Positions 41,269 to 50,681 of a DNA stretch of 64,000 bases are shown in pieces (position 1 is the stretch's first letter; each line of letters starts with the position of its first letter). The notes under the pieces are model-generated. The model was given only the letters and a program-made list of their open reading frames with translations. It had not been told where the DNA came from and searched no databases. The position numbers were made by a program, and so were the translations under genes. The DNA is from an uncultured Solirubrobacteraceae bacterium (GTDB taxonomy: Bacteria > Actinomycetota > Thermoleophilia > Solirubrobacterales > Solirubrobacteraceae): assembly GCA_963846255.1 (NCBI GenBank), contig CAWJVE010000001.1:2659-66658 (forward strand), written 5' to 3'.

Positions 41269-42707
41269 GGGGGCTGCCGCGACCCACGCTCGAGGGCGTG
41301 CGGCTGCCGCCGCGGAAGGTGATGGCGGTGCTCGTGCTCGCCTTCCTCGGCTTCGGCGTGCTGATCGGCCGGGCCGCACGAAACTCCGTCCAGGAGGCCG
41401 CGCTGGCGGATGGCGGCGGGCCGCTCAAGGTGTACGTGCAGCCGAGCTCTCCGGGGCCGGCACCCGCCGCCCGGGCGCCGGCGCCCGAAGAAGCGCCCCC
41501 GGCGCAAGCAGCGCCGACTCCCGAAGCGCCGTCGCCGGCCGCCCCGAGCTCCCCCTCCGCCGGCACCGGTGGGCACCCGCACGCCCCGGCCGCGGCGAGC
41601 AAGCCCACCCCCAAGCCGGCGCTCGTGAAGAAGCCGACGACGCTCCCGAAGATCAAGCACGTGTTCCTGATCGTGCTCTCCGATCAGTCCTACGCGGGGG
41701 TGTTCGGACCGGAATCCCAGGCCCACTACCTGGTCGGGCAGCTCGAGCCCAAGGGCACGCTGCTCCCGCGCTATGACGCGGTGGCCCACGAGGAGCTTCC
41801 CAACGAGGTGGCCCTGATCAGCGGCCAGGGGGCGACCCCGCAGACGGCCACGAACTGCCCCGCCTACACGCCGATCGAACCCGCGAGCGCCGGCGCCGAC
41901 GGGCAGGTGCTCGGTCAGGGCTGCGTGTATCCGGTCTCCACGCCCACGCTGCCGGGCGAGCTCGAAGCTCGCCACCTGCGCTGGCGGGCATACCTCGAAG
42001 GCCTCGGCGAAGGGCCCGCACCCGTGCCCGCCTGCTCCCATCCGGTCCTCGGCCAGGCCGACCCGACGACCCCGCCGGCCGGCGGCCCGGCAGCCGGCGC
42101 GAGCGCACCCTCCGGCGCATACGCGACCTACCGCAACCCGTTCGCCTACTTCCAGTCGCTGACCGCCTCCGGGGCGTGCGCGCAGTCGGAGACGGGCATC
42201 TCCCACCTGCGCTCCGACCTCGCCCACCCGGCGAGCACCGCCAGCCTCTCCTACATCGTCCCCGGCCTCTGCCACGACGGTGATCCCACGCCCTGCACAC
42301 CCGGGGCCGTGGTGGGGCCGGCGGGGGCGGACTCCTTCCTGCGCCGGGTCGTGCCTGAGATCCTCGCCTCCGGCGCCTACAAGCAGAACGGCCTGCTCGT
42401 GATCACCACCGACGAGGCTCCCTCCAGCGGCGAATTCGAGGACTCGAGCTCGTGCTGCGGACAGCCCGCCTTCCCCAACCTGGGCGCCCTCGGCGTGAGT
42501 CCGAGCGGCCGTCCGCGCGGGGGCGGAGCGGTTGGCGCGCTGCTGCTGTCGCCGTTCATCAAGGGCCCCGCGAGCAGCGCGGAAGAGTACAACCACTTCT
42601 CGCTGCTGGCGACGATCGAGGATCTGTTCGGCGTCAAGCGCCTGGGCTACGCCGGCCTCTCGGCCGTCACGCCGCTGGCGCCCTCGATCTTCACGGCGAG
42701 CGGGTAG
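41265..42707 (+). CDS. Membrane-anchored phosphoesterase (acid phosphatase/phospholipase C family)
   Basis: TM, Pro/Ala linker, IKHVFLIVL, HEELPNEVALISG, RNPFAYF, YIVPGLCHDG, LLVITTDE, YNHFSLLATIEDLFG. Confidence 0.8.
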   Translation: MRGLPRPTLEGVRLPPRKVMAVLVLAFLGFGVLIGRAARNSVQEAALADGGGPLKVYVQPSSPGPAPAARAPAPEEAPPAQAAPTPEAPSPAAPSSPSAGTGGHPHAPAAASKPTPKPALVKKPTTLPKIKHVFLIVLSDQSYAGVFGPESQAHYLVGQLEPKGTLLPRYDAVAHEELPNEVALISGQGATPQTATNCPAYTPIEPASAGADGQVLGQGCVYPVSTPTLPGELEARHLRWRAYLEGLGEGPAPVPACSHPVLGQADPTTPPAGGPAAGASAPSGAYATYRNPFAYFQSLTASGACAQSETGISHLRSDLAHPASTASLSYIVPGLCHDGDPTPCTPGAVVGPAGADSFLRRVVPEILASGAYKQNGLLVITTDEAPSSGEFEDSSSCCGQPAFPNLGALGVSPSGRPRGGGAVGALLLSPFIKGPASSAEEYNHFSLLATIEDLFGVKRLGYAGLSAVTPLAPSIFTASG

Positions 42708-43450
42708 ACCGCGTCCTCGGGGGACAGATCCCCGAGCGTCACGGGTCGTCGCCTGGAGCTCTCGCGGGCCAGCACGGACTCAAGCGCGAGCATCTCGCGC
42801 GGGCGCTGCAGGGTGGCGGGGTTGAGGTCCACGCGCAGGACTCCGCCGGACAGTCGCCCCCCGGCCCGGATCAACCACGGTGCGAGCGAATCGCCCAACC
42901 ATCCGCGGGGGCCGGCTCCCCAGGCCGGGGCCAGGCCGCTGTCGCGGGTCTCGCCGGCGGTGCGCACGTGCAGCAGCGTCGCCCACCAGCGAAAGCGCCG
43001 CGGAAGCACCTTCAGGAGCTGGCGCGTATAGGCGTAGCCGGGGGCCACGAAGCCGTCCGGCTCGATGCCCGAGAGCTTGAGGATCCGCCAGCCGGCGTCG
43101 ACCGCGCGGCGAGCCTCGCGCTCGTCGAGGCCGGCGAACTCGCTGCGCCGGGAGCGCAGGGCACGGACGCCGCGACCGTCGGCGGGGTCGGCTCCCAACG
43201 GCTCGTGCTGGAAGCCGTTCTGGGCGATCGCGTCTCCCGCCCCTCGTCGCTCCCGCAGCCAGGCGCCCATCTCCGGGCAGCGCTCGCCGAGTGGATGCAG
43301 GTCGCGGGCCGGGATCACGAGCAGCGTCACGCGGTCGATTCCGTGGTCGTCGAGCCAGTCACGGATCAATGCGCAACGCTCCCAGGTCGCGGGCTCGACA
43401 TCGTGGATGGCGACCCCGATCACCCCGTCCGGCTCCGTCCTCTGGGACAT
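42647..43450 (-). CDS. DUF2334 / polysaccharide deacetylase-like protein
   Basis: VAIHDVEP, TLLVIP, GFQH, SEFAGL, GFVAPGY. Confidence 0.75.
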   Translation of the reverse strand: MSQRTEPDGVIGVAIHDVEPATWERCALIRDWLDDHGIDRVTLLVIPARDLHPLGERCPEMGAWLRERRGAGDAIAQNGFQHEPLGADPADGRGVRALRSRRSEFAGLDEREARRAVDAGWRILKLSGIEPDGFVAPGYAYTRQLLKVLPRRFRWWATLLHVRTAGETRDSGLAPAWGAGPRGWLGDSLAPWLIRAGGRLSGGVLRVDLNPATLQRPREMLALESVLARESSRRRPVTLGDLSPEDAVYPLAVKIEGASGVTAERPA

Positions 43451-43483
43451 GCACACACGGTTCTCCGCAAACAGCGAACGCGT

Positions 43484-43522
43484 GTGACCAACCGGCGATG
43501 ATCCCGTGAACTCCTTGTGAAG
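43484..43522 (-). promoter_or_regulatory. PHO-box-like 11-bp-periodic repeats between divergent DUF2334 and uppP
   Basis: The minus strand reads CTTCACaaggaGTTCACgggatCATCGCcggttGGTCAC; GTTCAC is the core of the Streptomyces PhoP repeat unit. Confidence 0.55.
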
Positions 43523-43586
43523 ATCCTCACTATCGCCCGGCTTGACCGGCGGGTGGCGTGGGGTGCAGTCAATAAGCTGCCCGGCG

Positions 43587-44519
43587 ATGACGTTCGCCGC
43601 GACCACGACGTTCGCCGCGAACGCCATGGGCTCCGCACTGACGTACTTCCAGGCCGTGGTGCTGGGGATCCTGCAGGGGGTCACCGAGCTGTTCCCCGTG
43701 TCCAGCCTCGGGCACACCGTCCTGTTCCCGACCCTGTTCGGCTGGAACCAGCTCGTCGACGCCCAGTCCCAGAGCGAGTCCTTCTGGCTGGCCTTCGTGG
43801 TCATGCTCCACGTCGGCAGCGCGCTGGGCCTGCTGTTCTATTACCGGCGCGACTGGGTGGAGATCGTGCGCGCGTTCTTCAACACGCTGCGTACGCGCCG
43901 GGCTCGCACCCCGACCGAGCGGCTGGCGTGGCTGATCATCATCGCCAGCATCCCCGCCGGTGTCCTCGGGATCGTGTTCGAGCACGAGCTGCGCACGCTC
44001 ACCGCCAAGCCTGAGATCGCCGCCATCTTCCTGATGATCAACGGCCTGCTGCTGTTGCTGGCCGAGCGCTTCCGGCGCAAAGCCGAGGTGCGCGAACTGG
44101 CGATCCGCGAGGGCGCCAAGCCCGACGGCGGGCGCGAACTCGACACGCTCGCCTACCCCGAGGCGTTCGTGATCGGCACCGCCCAGTCGGCCGCGCTGGT
44201 GGCCGGGATCAGCCGCGACGGGATCACCATGGGGGCCGGCCTCGGGCGCGGCCTGGACCACAGCGACGCGGCCCGCTACGCCTTCCTGCTGGCGACCCCG
44301 ATCATCCTCGCGGCCGGGATCTTCAAGCTCCCCGACCTGCTCGGGCACCTCGGTAACGGGATCCGCGGGCAGGCCCTGGTGGCGTGCATCACGGCCGCCA
44401 TCACGGCGGTCTTCACGGTCGCCTTCCTGGTGCGCTGGTTCAAGACGAGAACGCTGGTCCCGTTCGCGATCTACGGTCTCGTGTTCGGCGGCGCGATGGT
44501 CATCTACACGCAGACCTGA
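43587..44519 (+). CDS. uppP: Undecaprenyl-diphosphate phosphatase (BacA)
   Basis: GILQGVTELFPVSSLGH, GISRDGIT, AARYAFLLATP. Confidence 0.92.
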   Translation: MTFAATTTFAANAMGSALTYFQAVVLGILQGVTELFPVSSLGHTVLFPTLFGWNQLVDAQSQSESFWLAFVVMLHVGSALGLLFYYRRDWVEIVRAFFNTLRTRRARTPTERLAWLIIIASIPAGVLGIVFEHELRTLTAKPEIAAIFLMINGLLLLLAERFRRKAEVRELAIREGAKPDGGRELDTLAYPEAFVIGTAQSAALVAGISRDGITMGAGLGRGLDHSDAARYAFLLATPIILAAGIFKLPDLLGHLGNGIRGQALVACITAAITAVFTVAFLVRWFKTRTLVPFAIYGLVFGGAMVIYTQT

Positions 44520-44520
44520 G

Positions 44521-45189
44521 GTGGACGACCCCGCCGAGACCCAGGCCAGCCAGCTGGCTTCGGGCGGCGCCTCCAACGAGGAGATCATCGCCGCCGCCCT
44601 CGCCGCCGCCCACCCCGAGCCCGGCCTGCGCTGGCTGGACATCGGCTGTGGGCGGGGAGACCTGCTGCGGCGTGTGCGCGACGAGTGGTCTCCGGCGCAA
44701 CTGCGTGGGATCGACTCGCTCGACTGGCTCGACGAGGACCTGCGCGCGGATGTCGACTTCGAGGTGCGCCCGGCCGAGGAGCTCGCGGGCTCGCCGGCGG
44801 CCGATCGTGTGCTGATGGTCGAGGTGATCGAGCACCTCGAGGCCCCGTGGAGCGCTCTGCGGGCGGCTGCCGAAGTGCTCGCCCCGGGCGGCTGGCTGGT
44901 GCTCAGCACGCCCAACCTCGCCACCCTGCGCCACCGGCTCGAGCTCGCGCGCAAGGGCACGCTGACGAGCTTTCGCCCCGGGTATGACCCGCACCTGTCG
45001 CCCGCGCTGCCGCACGTCAGCGCCCGTATCCTCGGCGAGGAGGGGCTGCTGGTGGGGGAGCCGGGCTACGCGGGCGCCGATGTGATCTCGTTCAGCAAAG
45101 GTCGGATCTGGCCGCAGTCGCTGCGCCGGCGCTACCCTCGACTGGGGTCCGTGTCGGTGATCCTGGCGGCGCGCAGGCCGCCCGCCTGA
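44521..45189 (+). CDS. Class I SAM-dependent methyltransferase
   Basis: LDIGCGRG, EVIEHLEAP, LAPGGWLVLSTPN. Confidence 0.88.
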   Translation: MDDPAETQASQLASGGASNEEIIAAALAAAHPEPGLRWLDIGCGRGDLLRRVRDEWSPAQLRGIDSLDWLDEDLRADVDFEVRPAEELAGSPAADRVLMVEVIEHLEAPWSALRAAAEVLAPGGWLVLSTPNLATLRHRLELARKGTLTSFRPGYDPHLSPALPHVSARILGEEGLLVGEPGYAGADVISFSKGRIWPQSLRRRYPRLGSVSVILAARRPPA

Positions 45190-45281
45190 GCCCGATCCAC
45201 GTCCCCGGGGCGACCCGCGTTAGCCCCCGCCGGGCCCTGGCCGTCAGCGGTCTGGCGCATCATTGAACCGCACACTTGCCC

Positions 45282-46244
45282 ATGCCCAAAGCCCCGCAGA
45301 AAATGTTCGAGACCCGCAGCCAGGCCTGGCGGGAGGTCGGACTGATCCGCCAGCTCGACCCCCGAGCGGTCAAACGCGCGCGGCTGGAGGTGGCGGTGCT
45401 GGTGCCGCTGTTCGTGGCCGTCGTGGTCTTCTACGACAACCGCGTGAGCCTGCTCGGCACGACCCAGGCGGCGCGCCACGGCCGGCCCGCCCACAAGGTC
45501 CTGGAACCGGCGCTGGAAACCACCGTCACGGCGATCGTGGTGGTCGCCCTGGTGATCCTCGGCTGGGCGATCGCCCGCGCACTCGGGCGCGTGCTCGGCC
45601 CGCCGCTGTTCCGGCGGCTGGACCCCGCCACCGCCGGGACCGTCGGGTTCCTCGTGCGCCTGGTGACGATCCTGGTCGCGGTGATCGTGGCGCTGCGGGT
45701 TGCCGGCATCCAGGCCCGCACGCTGGCCCTCGGCGGCGCCTTCACGGCGGTGATCCTGGGCCTGGCCGCGCAGCAGACGCTCGGGAACCTGTTCGCCGGC
45801 ACGGTCCTGCTCAGCGCTCGCCCGTTCCGCGTCGGCGAACGCGTGCGCCTGCAGGGCGGGCCGCTGGCCGGAACGCTGGAGGGGACCGTCAGCTCGCTGG
45901 GCCTGCTGTATACGACCTTCGCCACCGGCGAAGACGTGATCATGGTGCCCAACAGCGTGGTCCTGAACGTGGCCGTGCTGCCCCTGCATGAGCCCGACGG
46001 GGTCGACCTGCGCGCCCGGCTGCGCGCCGGGATGACGCCCGGGGACCTGCAGGAGCTGCTCGAGAGCGAGCTCCAGACGCCGCTCCGGGAGGCCCCCAGG
46101 ATCACGCTCGAGGAGCTCGACGGGGAGGAGGTAGTGGTGCTCATCTCCGCAACGCCGCGGGTCGCCGCCGAGGGCCGCCAGCTGGCCAGCGAACTGCTCG
46201 ACGTCGTCTCCCGTCAGACGCGCTCTTCGGAGGCCACCCTGTAG
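45282..46244 (+). CDS. Small-conductance mechanosensitive channel family protein
   Basis: LGLAAQQTLGNLFAG, RPFRVGERV, VPNS. Confidence 0.9.
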   Translation: MPKAPQKMFETRSQAWREVGLIRQLDPRAVKRARLEVAVLVPLFVAVVVFYDNRVSLLGTTQAARHGRPAHKVLEPALETTVTAIVVVALVILGWAIARALGRVLGPPLFRRLDPATAGTVGFLVRLVTILVAVIVALRVAGIQARTLALGGAFTAVILGLAAQQTLGNLFAGTVLLSARPFRVGERVRLQGGPLAGTLEGTVSSLGLLYTTFATGEDVIMVPNSVVLNVAVLPLHEPDGVDLRARLRAGMTPGDLQELLESELQTPLREAPRITLEELDGEEVVVLISATPRVAAEGRQLASELLDVVSRQTRSSEATL

Positions 46245-47029
46245 CGCAGGAACAGCCACGAGCCCCCGCGCAGGATGCCGATCAGCTCGGCGCCCACCGG
46301 CGGCTCGAGCTCGAGCCCGGCCAGGATCCGCAGCGCCTCCCCGGCCGTCGGCTCGCCCCCGGCCAGCAGCGGCGAGAGCGACAGGAACAGCTCGTCGACG
46401 AGCTGCTCGGCCAGCAGTTCCCGCGCCAGGTGCGGGCCGCCCTCGCAGAGCAGGCTGCGCACCTCGTAACGCAGCCGCAGTTCGGCCAGCGCCGCCGGCA
46501 GGTCCAGCCGGCCGTCCTGCTGCGGGCGCAGGTACTCGACCTGGGCGGCGACGGGGGGCAGGCTCGCCATCGAGGCGGTCAGCACCACGACCCGGGCGGT
46601 CTCGCTCTGCAGCAGGCCGATGTCGGGCGGCAGCTCGAGCCGGCCCGAGACGATGCACGCGAGTGGCTCTTCGGGCATCCCGCGGGCGAGCCGCTGCCGG
46701 CGCACGGCCTGATCGCGGATGATCGGCCCGTAGTGCTCGGCCCGGATCGTGCCGGCGCCCACGAGCACCCCGTCGACGGCCGCCCGCAGCCCGTGGAACA
46801 GCTCGCGGTCGGCCTCGGAGCTGATCGGTCCGGAGCGCCCGGAGAAAGTGGCGCGGCCGTCGAGCGTGCTGACCATGTTGAGCATCACGTGCGGGCGGTC
46901 CCGCTCGGAGCTCGGGCGCTCCCACAGCCCCATCTCCCGAACCAGCTCCTCCACCGGCGCGGGAGGGCCCGGCGGGAGCAGGCGCTCCAGCGTCTGCGGC
47001 GCGGTCTGTGCGGGATCCTCGGTCGACAT
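46214..47029 (-). CDS. RibD C-terminal / dihydrofolate reductase-like (pyrimidine reductase) protein
   Basis: NMVSTLDG, VLVGAGTIRAE, LCEGGPHL, VDELFL. Confidence 0.88.
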   Translation of the reverse strand: MSTEDPAQTAPQTLERLLPPGPPAPVEELVREMGLWERPSSERDRPHVMLNMVSTLDGRATFSGRSGPISSEADRELFHGLRAAVDGVLVGAGTIRAEHYGPIIRDQAVRRQRLARGMPEEPLACIVSGRLELPPDIGLLQSETARVVVLTASMASLPPVAAQVEYLRPQQDGRLDLPAALAELRLRYEVRSLLCEGGPHLARELLAEQLVDELFLSLSPLLAGGEPTAGEALRILAGLELEPPVGAELIGILRGGSWLFLRYRVASEERV

Positions 47030-47227
47030 TACGGCGCAGCCTAGAGGCCGCCGGAGCGCGCTGTGGCGCTCAACAAGTCGACAACATCGCCTCCGTGGGA
47101 CGTGCTACGGTCACGGCGAATGGTCGGGCCCAGGAGGCCCGGCGAAAGCAGTGCAAGCGCTCGCAGGTCGAAGCTCGTGAAAGCATCCTCCGCGTAGCAG
47201 CCAGCACAGACACGGAGGATCCGCACA

Positions 47228-47431
47228 ATGCCAACAGGCACCGTCAAGTGGTTCAGCGACGACAAGGGGTTTGGCTTCATCACCCCCGATGACGGCGACA
47301 AGGACCTGTTCGTACATCACACCGGGATCAACGGCGAGGGTTACCGCTCGCTGCAGGAGGGCTCAAAGGTCTCCTACGACCCGGAGCAGGGCGAGAAGGG
47401 CCCCAAGGCCGTGAACGTCCAGCCGATCTAG
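47228..47431 (+). CDS. cspA: Cold-shock protein
   Basis: [29 protein letters not shown]; GGAGGA RBS. Confidence 0.95.
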   Translation: MPTGTVKWFSDDKGFGFITPDDGDKDLFVHHTGINGEGYRSLQEGSKVSYDPEQGEKGPKAVNVQPI

Positions 47432-47459
47432 GCCGCCAGGCTCATCAGATCGCAACTTT

Positions 47460-47490
47460 GGGGGCTCGCCACGGCGGGCCCTCGTCATTT
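47460..47490 (+). terminator. Probable intrinsic terminator after csp
   Basis: Hairpin GGGGGCTCGC-cacg-GCGGGCCCTC followed by GTCATTT. Confidence 0.5.
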
Positions 47491-47523
47491 GAGGACGGGT
47501 ATCGTCGGCCGGGGCACCACGGC

Positions 47524-49116
47524 ATGAGCGGCGAGGCGACCAGCATCAAACTGCGCCTGCCGGCGCCACTGTCCGTGCCGCAGCGGCTGCGCTCGCGCCG
47601 CCGGGATGACGACGGCCAGCTGATCCGCACGCGCCTGGACGTGCGCGTGGCGGGGGTGATGCTGGGCGCGATCGTGGCGCTGAGCCTGTTCATCGTGCTG
47701 ATCACGGCCAACCGGCCGAGCCTGCTGGCGCCGACCACGCACACCGGCTTCTATCCGCACTGGATGTCGGGCCCGCTCGGCGGACTGCTGCCGGGGCTCA
47801 CCGGCAACAGCACGACCCTGCGCTTCATGTTCACCGCGGCGATCGTGGTGATGTTCATCGCCTACGTGTGGGTGCTGCGGTGCGCGCCGCGGGTGCCCGT
47901 CGGCTGGGTGGTGGCGGCGATCGTGCTGGTGCACGCGATCTTCCTGATCTCGCCTCCGCTGGCCCTGACGGACATGTTCAACTACATCAACTACGGGCGC
48001 ATGGAGGTGGTCCACAACCTCAACCCCTACACCACCATTCCGGTGCTCGAGCCGCACAGCGACCCCAGCTACGCGCTCAGCAACTGGCACCAGCTGCTGA
48101 GCCCCTACGGGCCCCTGTTCACGCTGCTGACGTTCGCGGTCGTGCCGCTCGGCGTGGCCGGTTCCTTCTGGGCGCTGAAGGGGATCCTGGTGGTGGCCAG
48201 CCTGGCGATCATCCTGCTCGTCTGGAAGTGCGCCCGGCTGCTGGGTCGCGAGCCGGTCGGGGCGATCGTGCTGGTGGGGCTGAACCCGATCGTGCTCGTG
48301 TGGGGGCTGGGAGCCGGCCACAACGACTTCCTGATGATCCTCTGCATCATGGTCGGCTTCTACCTGCTGCTGCTGAGCCGGGCCTTCGAGCAGACGGGGG
48401 AGGCGCTGCCGCGGCTCGCCCACCTCTCCGAAGTGCGCTCGCGTCTCGCCCGGCTGCCGGACGCCGCCCGCCACTGGCTGCTGCCGCTGTCGGCTCCCCA
48501 GGTCGGCGCCGGCTGCGCCTTCGTGGTCGCGGCCGGGATCAAGGCGTCCGGGGCGGTCCTGATCCCGGTCGTGCTGGCGGGGCTGCTGCGGACGCCCCGG
48601 GCGCTGGTCCAGGTCCTGCTCGGGATGCTGCTCGCGGCCGCGGTGGTGGCCTTCTCCAGCCTGCTCGCCTTCGGCCTGCACATCCCCGACCTGAGCACCC
48701 AGGGATCGCTGGTGACGGGCGAGAGCATCCCCAACCTGATCGGGCTGGCGATCGGGGCCGGTGGCGAGAGCGACGCGCTGCGGAAACTGCTGGTGGCGGT
48801 GCTGCTCGCGAGCGTGGTGGGCTGTTGCTGGCTGGCCTTCAAGCGCCGCGAGACGATCACCGCCGCCGGCTGGGCGAGCGTGGCGCTGCTGGTAACGCTC
48901 AGCTGGGTGCTGCCCTGGTACGTGCTGTGGGTGTTGCCGATGGCCGCCCTGTCGACCTCCGTGCGCCTGCGGCGGGTGTCACTGCTGCTCGGCGTATACC
49001 TGATCATCGCCTGGGCCCCGGTGAGCGGGCTGCTGTGGAACGCGATCCACTTCTATCCCGAACGGACGGCGCTCGGGCGCCTGCACCAGCGGGCCGTCAG
49101 GGAGCTCTTGAATTGA
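47524..49116 (+). CDS. GT-C polyprenol-phosphate-sugar-dependent glycosyltransferase (MptA/MptB-like)
   Basis: TDMFNYINYGR, NPY, SPYGPLF, LNPIVL, GHND, GIKAS, VLPWYVLW; polytopic. Confidence 0.85.
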   Translation: MSGEATSIKLRLPAPLSVPQRLRSRRRDDDGQLIRTRLDVRVAGVMLGAIVALSLFIVLITANRPSLLAPTTHTGFYPHWMSGPLGGLLPGLTGNSTTLRFMFTAAIVVMFIAYVWVLRCAPRVPVGWVVAAIVLVHAIFLISPPLALTDMFNYINYGRMEVVHNLNPYTTIPVLEPHSDPSYALSNWHQLLSPYGPLFTLLTFAVVPLGVAGSFWALKGILVVASLAIILLVWKCARLLGREPVGAIVLVGLNPIVLVWGLGAGHNDFLMILCIMVGFYLLLLSRAFEQTGEALPRLAHLSEVRSRLARLPDAARHWLLPLSAPQVGAGCAFVVAAGIKASGAVLIPVVLAGLLRTPRALVQVLLGMLLAAAVVAFSSLLAFGLHIPDLSTQGSLVTGESIPNLIGLAIGAGGESDALRKLLVAVLLASVVGCCWLAFKRRETITAAGWASVALLVTLSWVLPWYVLWVLPMAALSTSVRLRRVSLLLGVYLIIAWAPVSGLLWNAIHFYPERTALGRLHQRAVRELLN

Positions 49117-50252
49117 GGTTGCTCGTGGTCAGCCATCCGGCGGTCGTGGGGGTCAACCAGGAGCCCTACCGCGAGCTCGCCGCTCGCGGGTGGGAGGTGA
49201 GCCTGGTGGTGCCCTCGCGCTGGCGCCACGCGTTCGCGACCGGAACGGTGCGTCCGCACGGGATCGAGGGCCTCGAGGGGGCGCTGCGGCCTGTGCCGGT
49301 TGCAATGGCGGGGAGCCCCCAGCGCCACTTCTACCTCGCCCGATGCGCCCGGCTGCTCGCGCGCGAGAGGCCCCAAGTGGTGTTCCTGGAGGAGGAGTCG
49401 TTCTCGCTGGCGGCGAGCCAGTGGGGGCGCGCCTGCGCGGCTCGAGCACTGCCGTTCGGAGTGCAATGCGCGGAGAACATCGATCGTGCCCTCCCGGGGC
49501 CGGTGCGCGCGATGCGCGGGCGCGTGCTCGCGCGGGCAGCGTTCGTGGCAACGCGCTCCAATAGCGCGGCCGAGCTCGCACGAGCCTGGGGGGCGCGGGG
49601 CGAGGTGCGCTTCACGCCGCACGCGATCCCCACCTGGCAGCCGCCGTCGGGTTCGTCGCCGCTGCCCGCGCCGCGAGAGCGAGCGTTCACCGTCGGCTAC
49701 GCGGGCAGGCTTGCGGAGAGCAAGGGGCTGTCCGACCTGCTCGACGCGGTGCGCATGCTGCCGGCGCCGGTGGAGTTGTTGCTGGTCGGCGACGGCGCCC
49801 TGCGCGGCGCGTTGGAGGGCCAGGAGATCCCCGGCTCGCGGGTCCGCGTGCTGACGGGGGTCGCGCACGAGCAAATGGCGGGCGCCTATGCGCTCATGGA
49901 CGTGCTCGTGCTCCCCTCGCACACGACACCGACGTGGAAGGAGCAGTTCGGGAGGGTGATCGTCGAGGCGCTGTCCTGCGGTGTGCCGGTGGTCGGGTCG
50001 GACTCGGGCGAGATCCCCTGGCTGCTCGAGCTGACGGGAGGCGGCCTCGTGTTTGCGGAGGGCGACGCGGGCGCGCTCGCGGCGCGGCTCGCTCGCCTGC
50101 GCGAACAGCCGGCGCTGCGAGCGGAACTGGCGGAGCGCGGCCGGCGGGCGTGCGAGGAGCACTTTTCGCTGCGCGCGTCGACGGATGTGCTCGAGGGCCT
50201 GTTGCGGGGCGCCGTCGCAGCCGCGGGCGCCCCCGACAGCCAGCGTGGCTAG
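49113..50252 (+). CDS. GT4 glycosyltransferase
   Basis: TTG start overlapping the upstream stop; YAGRLAESKG, WKEQFGRVIVEALSCG. Confidence 0.9.
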   Translation: MRLLVVSHPAVVGVNQEPYRELAARGWEVSLVVPSRWRHAFATGTVRPHGIEGLEGALRPVPVAMAGSPQRHFYLARCARLLARERPQVVFLEEESFSLAASQWGRACAARALPFGVQCAENIDRALPGPVRAMRGRVLARAAFVATRSNSAAELARAWGARGEVRFTPHAIPTWQPPSGSSPLPAPRERAFTVGYAGRLAESKGLSDLLDAVRMLPAPVELLLVGDGALRGALEGQEIPGSRVRVLTGVAHEQMAGAYALMDVLVLPSHTTPTWKEQFGRVIVEALSCGVPVVGSDSGEIPWLLELTGGGLVFAEGDAGALAARLARLREQPALRAELAERGRRACEEHFSLRASTDVLEGLLRGAVAAAGAPDSQRG

Positions 50253-50674
50253 ACGTCGCCGCTCGGCGGGCGCCGGCCCAGCTTGCGCTCGGTGGTGTGG
50301 CGCTTGTCCGCCAGCCGGCGCTCGCGTGCGGCGCCCGTCGGCTTGGTCGGGCGGCGCGCACGCGGCTGGTGCAGGGCCTCGGCGATGCGGTCGGCGAGGC
50401 GTTCCAGCGCGAGCTCGCGGTTGCGGGCCTGCGAGCGGCCGTCCTGGGCCACGGCCGTGACCCGTGGCCCTGCGCGGCGCAGCAGGCGCGCGCGTTGAGA
50501 GTCGCTCAGCGTGCCCGAGGCGGCCACGTCGAACACCGCTTCCACCCGCGAGGCGGTCACGTTCGCGTGCTGGCCGCCGGGGCCGGAGGACCGGCTCGTG
50601 CGAACCGTCACCTCGTCGAACGGGATCGTCAGTCGCGGCTGGACGCGCAGCCCGCCGCCCTCAGCCCCGGCCAC
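50249..50674 (-). CDS. arfB: Alternative ribosome rescue peptidyl-tRNA hydrolase
   Basis: SSGPGGQHAN, RSQARNRE, RRPTKPT, basic tail. Confidence 0.93.
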   Translation of the reverse strand: MAGAEGGGLRVQPRLTIPFDEVTVRTSRSSGPGGQHANVTASRVEAVFDVAASGTLSDSQRARLLRRAGPRVTAVAQDGRSQARNRELALERLADRIAEALHQPRARRPTKPTGAARERRLADKRHTTERKLGRRPPSGDV

Positions 50675-50681
50675 GCCCGCC

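Noticed and set aside
47045-47227. Structured cis-regulatory RNA in the csp leader
   Set aside because: Plausible by analogy with cspA thermosensors, but I could not support a specific structure from the sequence.
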